A stretch of DNA of 32,000 nucleotides, from assembly GCF_000018105.1 (NCBI RefSeq), contig NC_009925.1, positions 2,640,001 to 2,672,000 of the forward strand. Direction: 5' to 3'. Of the stretch, positions 28,648 to 32,000 are shown piece after piece. The position numbers and the translations under genes were made by a program. Below the pieces are notes generated by a model. It had not been told where the DNA came from. It ran no database searches and worked only from the letters and a program-made list of their open reading frames with translations. The first letter of the stretch is position 1, and each line of letters begins with the position of its first letter. This stretch comes from Acaryochloris marina MBIC11017 (lineage in GTDB: Bacteria; Cyanobacteriota; Cyanobacteriia; Thermosynechococcales; Thermosynechococcaceae).

Positions 28648-28655
28648 TGTTATAA

Positions 28656-28907
28656 CTATAATCCTTTTGTAAATTCATCAATTTGTTGCTTACCTTCATA
28701 ACGGTCAGTAACCAAAGGTAGCCCTTGTCGAGCTTGGTCAAAGTACTCGTTAGGTCTTGGCGTTCCAAACACGTCATAAGCCAGACCTGTGCTTACGAAT
28801 AACCATCCTGCTAAAAACAGCATAGGTACCGTAATGGTATGGATAATCCAATAACGAATGCTTGTAACGATATCACCAAAGGGTCGTTCACCAGTTCTAC
28901 CAGACAA
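28656..28907 (-). CDS. psbE: cytochrome b559 alpha subunit
   Basis: [59 protein letters not shown] start at 28907 is proposed (GGAGG lies 8 nt upstream), giving the canonical MSG.TGERPF N-terminus. Confidence 0.95.
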   Translation of the reverse strand: MSGRTGERPFGDIVTSIRYWIIHTITVPMLFLAGWLFVSTGLAYDVFGTPRPNEYFDQARQGLPLVTDRYEGKQQIDEFTKGL

Positions 28908-29037
28908 TTCAAACACCTCCTATGAACACAGTCATGATACTTAATCATACGAAACCATCGGACGTCCCACAAGTAAAACCTGAAGTTTACTTCCGCTAAC
29001 CATCAAAACAAGAAGACAGCGGAGGACTGAATACCCT

Positions 29038-30051
29038 CTAAGCAGATGCTTTAGGGGGAGCAATGAAACGCAATAGCGTTCCGGATTGCCCAATAATGAA
29101 CCCTTGGTCAGATGAGACAAAAATAATCTTGTAGAGGTTGGATGGCACATCCTCTACCGTCGAATCTTTCTGCCAAGTTTGGCCACCATCTAGGCTACAA
29201 AGTAATGTGCCACTCCCCCCTGAGATCCAAACTTCATCAGGAGTCCGATAAGCCAAATCTAAGAGTCCAATTTTGTTAGTGCCAGGGGTAAATGCTTCGT
29301 CCCAGGCATAATCTCCATCTTCGAGAAACCCGTTACTAAATTGAACCTGTCCACCTTTGTTCAAAATCCAAGGGTTGCCATTCGGATCAAATCCCATGGT
29401 TTGAATCCGTCTAGCACCATTCCGATCATGGCTTTGCCAAGAGGTCTCGCCAGGATAAAACGTGGTATAAAAACTTCCCCGAGAAGAAATGGCGACATAC
29501 TTACCATCTTCCGAACGGTTAATATTTCGCGTTGCTCCCGTAGCCTCTTCAACTAAGGCTGTCCAATGCTGAGCCTCATCTTGAGTGCGGTAAATAGCAC
29601 CAAGGTCGGTGATCATCTCTACCGATTTGGGCCCTAAAGCAGTCACTTGATAAGGAGTCCCAGGGAGTTGGGTACTGAGAGACACCCGTGACCAAGACTT
29701 TCCGCCATCTGTCGTATGGAGCAGAATAGAGGGCTCACCCACAATCCAACCTTCATCACCAGAAAAGCTGATGGATGAAAAGCGGTAATCTAAGTCTCCT
29801 AGGGCAAGAGGACGCTGCTCCCAAGATTTACCCCCATCAAAGGTTTCTAAGAGGGCAGAGCTGGTTCCCACTAGCCAACCATGGTCTGGAGACGCAAAAT
29901 CGACGTCTAAGACAGTAGAGTCAGTCGGCAATGCGACGGTTTCCCAAGAAAGGGAATCCAAAACTGGCAGGCTGTTGCAGGCAGTTAAGAAAAATAGAGC
30001 GGCAATGATAGATATCCATTGCCTTGAAGTCTTTAGAATTGCTTTTATCAT
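29038..30051 (-). CDS. ycf48: photosystem II assembly factor Ycf48 (HCF136 homologue), lipoprotein
   Basis: Lipobox FFLTAC. Beta-propeller repeats with recurring DGG(K/Q)(S/T)W (DGGKSWEQ, DGGKSWSR, DGGQTWQK). Sits upstream of psbEFLJ as in other cyanobacteria. Confidence 0.9.
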   Translation of the reverse strand: MIKAILKTSRQWISIIAALFFLTACNSLPVLDSLSWETVALPTDSTVLDVDFASPDHGWLVGTSSALLETFDGGKSWEQRPLALGDLDYRFSSISFSGDEGWIVGEPSILLHTTDGGKSWSRVSLSTQLPGTPYQVTALGPKSVEMITDLGAIYRTQDEAQHWTALVEEATGATRNINRSEDGKYVAISSRGSFYTTFYPGETSWQSHDRNGARRIQTMGFDPNGNPWILNKGGQVQFSNGFLEDGDYAWDEAFTPGTNKIGLLDLAYRTPDEVWISGGSGTLLCSLDGGQTWQKDSTVEDVPSNLYKIIFVSSDQGFIIGQSGTLLRFIAPPKASA

Positions 30052-30159
30052 CTTGTTTTTGAACGGGCGATAGCGTACCAGCCAATTGAGTAATTAGGAT
30101 TTTTGCAATTGGCACAAAGCATCTCTTCGCGGATGGGTAAGGGAACGAGTTGTTACAAC

Positions 30160-30504
30160 TTAGCCTGAAGAATAGAAGCTGAGTAAGAACAGGAATATCA
30201 GCAACAATGTGCCGAAAATCAGCAGGTTTTTTTTGCCTGGGGTCATTGCATTAACCCCAAAGCCATAGCCTAGATTTTCAGGAAACCCCGAAGGGGCACC
30301 TACCGGCCCAATATTGACAAATTGCTCCATAGGAGTTCGGCATACAGGGCATTTCCAATCATCAGGAAGTTGATCAAACAACGTTCCTGGCGGAATTTTA
30401 CGGCGTTTGTCACCTTCATCAGGCTCATAAATGTACCCACAGGATCGGCATTCAAACCGATCAACAGGTACTACTTCTTCATTTGAATCCGTCTCAGTAG
30501 ACAT
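30160..30504 (-). CDS. rubA: membrane-anchored rubredoxin RubA
   Basis: CRSCGYIYEP...WKCPVC rubredoxin motifs plus a C-terminal TM helix LLIFGTLLLIFLFLLSF. Confidence 0.9.
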   Translation of the reverse strand: MSTETDSNEEVVPVDRFECRSCGYIYEPDEGDKRRKIPPGTLFDQLPDDWKCPVCRTPMEQFVNIGPVGAPSGFPENLGYGFGVNAMTPGKKNLLIFGTLLLIFLFLLSFYSSG

Positions 30505-30708
30505 GACCTAAATTCGTGGAATTTCCACAATCCTAGAAATCTTTGTGAATTATTATGACATGGAACTTAATCACCTTGTGCAGGCTTCTCTGTCTAAACC
30601 CAAAATTTAACCCTCATTCATCAGTCCAGACCCGAGAACATGGCACCCGAGTATGCTTAACTGAATAGTGAGCAATGATTTTGGAACAAGTTTTAGGATC
30701 GATTAATT

Positions 30709-30807
30709 ATGGCCGGAGAAATTTTCACTACAGCATTTCTTTGTTTTTCGCTGATCTTAGTGGGTATTGGTTTGGGATATTTACTATTGAAGGTCGCTCC
30801 CGACTAA
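30709..30807 (+). CDS. petM: cytochrome b6-f complex subunit 7 (PetM)
   Basis: [32 protein letters not shown] versus the remembered Nostoc PetM [34 protein letters not shown]. AGGA lies upstream. It is in a different frame from the listed ORF 30675..30857. Confidence 0.6.
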
Positions 30808-30886
30808 ACCCTAAATGCTGGCTATTAAGGCTTTTGGGTTCTATGTCGTGTCTCTAGCCTGAAAGTGCAAGACATGAAGAATGCGG

Positions 30887-31978
30887 TTAAACATTGAACC
30901 GAAAGAGCATTACATCTCCTTCTTGCACAAGATAATCTTTACCCTCACTGCGGACTAACCCTTTTTCCTTAGCAGCAGTGAGCGATCCATTTTCCACTAA
31001 GTCTTGATAACCAACGGTTTCTGCCCGAATAAATCCCCGCTCAAAGTCGGTATGAATGACCCCAGCAGCTTGAGGAGCTTTTGTGCCGATAGGTATCGTC
31101 CATGCTCGACTCTCTTGAGGACCAGATGTAAAGTAGGTTCGTAGCCCCAAAAGCTTATAGGTAGCATGGATAAGAGATGTTAAGCCCCCCTCTTCAACGC
31201 CCAAGGCTTCAAGAAAATCATGACGCTCTTCATCCGTTAGTTCCACTAATTCAGATTCAACTTGGGCAGACATAATCACGGTTTCCGCTGACTCGGCCGT
31301 TGCAATCCCACGCACCTGTTCTACCCATTTATTCCCTGTCGCCAAATCATCCTCAGACACATTGGTTGCATAAATAATTGGCTTCAGAGTTAGCAAGCCC
31401 AAGTACTTAATCACTTCTTTTTCTTCAGGGCTTAACTCAGCCTGACGTGCTGGCTGTCCTGCATTCAAAGTGGCTCTGAGCTTTTCTAAGATTTCTAGTT
31501 CGGCTTGGGCTTCTTTGTTATTACGAGCAGTCTTTTTAGTTCGCTCCATTCGTCGCTCAATTTGGGCTAGATCTGCCAAGCTCAGCTCCAAATTAATCAC
31601 TTCTATATCGCGCATAGGGTCTACTGAACCTGCAACATGGATAATATCGTCACTATCAAAACAGCGCACCACATGCACTATGGCATCAACTTCACGGATA
31701 TTGGCCAAGAATTGATTCCCTAAGCCTTCGCCTTGGCTGGCTCCCTGCACCAGCCCAGCAATATCTACAAATTCGATCCGGGTGGGCACCGTTTTGGCCG
31801 AATTCGACAATTCAGATAAAATTTGTAAGCGCTGATCAGGAACAGAGACCACGCCCACATTGGGTTCAATCGTACAAAAAGGGAAATTAGCAGCCTCAGC
31901 TTTGGCATTCGCGACTAAGGCATTAAACAGGGTTGATTTACCAACGTTGGGTAGCCCAACAATACCAGCTCTTAACAT
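30887..31978 (-). CDS. ychF: redox-regulated ATPase YchF (Obg-family)
   Basis: GIVGLPNVGKSTLFNALV, DIAGLV, TGS-domain C-terminus ...KDYLVQEGDVMLFRFNV. Confidence 0.95.
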   Translation of the reverse strand: MLRAGIVGLPNVGKSTLFNALVANAKAEAANFPFCTIEPNVGVVSVPDQRLQILSELSNSAKTVPTRIEFVDIAGLVQGASQGEGLGNQFLANIREVDAIVHVVRCFDSDDIIHVAGSVDPMRDIEVINLELSLADLAQIERRMERTKKTARNNKEAQAELEILEKLRATLNAGQPARQAELSPEEKEVIKYLGLLTLKPIIYATNVSEDDLATGNKWVEQVRGIATAESAETVIMSAQVESELVELTDEERHDFLEALGVEEGGLTSLIHATYKLLGLRTYFTSGPQESRAWTIPIGTKAPQAAGVIHTDFERGFIRAETVGYQDLVENGSLTAAKEKGLVRSEGKDYLVQEGDVMLFRFNV

Positions 31979-32000
31979 GGGAAGGGATAACTCAAATCAT

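Noticed and set aside
28941-29150. 69-aa ORF overlapping the ycf48 3' end and the psbE upstream region.
   Set aside because: It overlaps ycf48 in another frame, with no SD and an implausible composition. The region is better explained as the psbEFLJ promoter/leader.
30675-30857. 60-aa ORF from the track.
   Set aside because: It is superseded by the PetM-like ORF in another frame (30709..30807) and has no recognisable features.
1-32000. Search for tRNA/rRNA genes, CRISPR arrays, transposase/integrase genes and long direct or inverted repeats.
   Set aside because: I saw no T-loop consensus (GGTTCGAATCC-like) outside coding sequence, no regularly spaced repeats and no transposase- or integrase-like ORFs. 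Eye-scanning cannot exclude short or diverged elements.

Overview
This window looks like a cyanobacterial chromosome segment. Evidence: a psbEFLJ operon preceded by ycf48 and membrane-anchored rubredoxin, petM, a fused panC-cmk gene, a ValRS carrying a membrane-anchoring CAAD insertion, and 10 copies of the HIP1 palindrome GCGATCGC. Most of it (7.5-32 kb) is conserved housekeeping and photosynthesis: purL, purF, rbgA, valS, rbp-rpsU, an FKBP isomerase, a cell-wall amidase, an aminotransferase, a CruA-like flavoprotein, bioD and ychF. The left 7.5 kb looks accessory. It holds a MazF-type and a YefM-YoeB toxin-antitoxin pair flanking a 93-codon remnant of a NACHT-type NTPase, a methyltransferase plus small ATP-grasp cassette, a GST, a HEAT-repeat protein, and an orphan 14-cysteine protein. 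That orphan is followed by an 850-bp ORF-free gap containing a stretch of about 24% GC. Five genes under 60 aa are absent from the ORF track and were read by hand: psbF, psbL, psbJ, petM and a psaI-like gene. I saw no tRNA, rRNA, CRISPR array or transposase. I found no convincing new multi-gene system. The best candidates are the cysteine-rich orphan with its AT-rich flank, the methyltransferase/ATP-grasp pair, the truncated NACHT/TA islet and a secreted tandem retropepsin. All family assignments come from remembered motifs, not searches.
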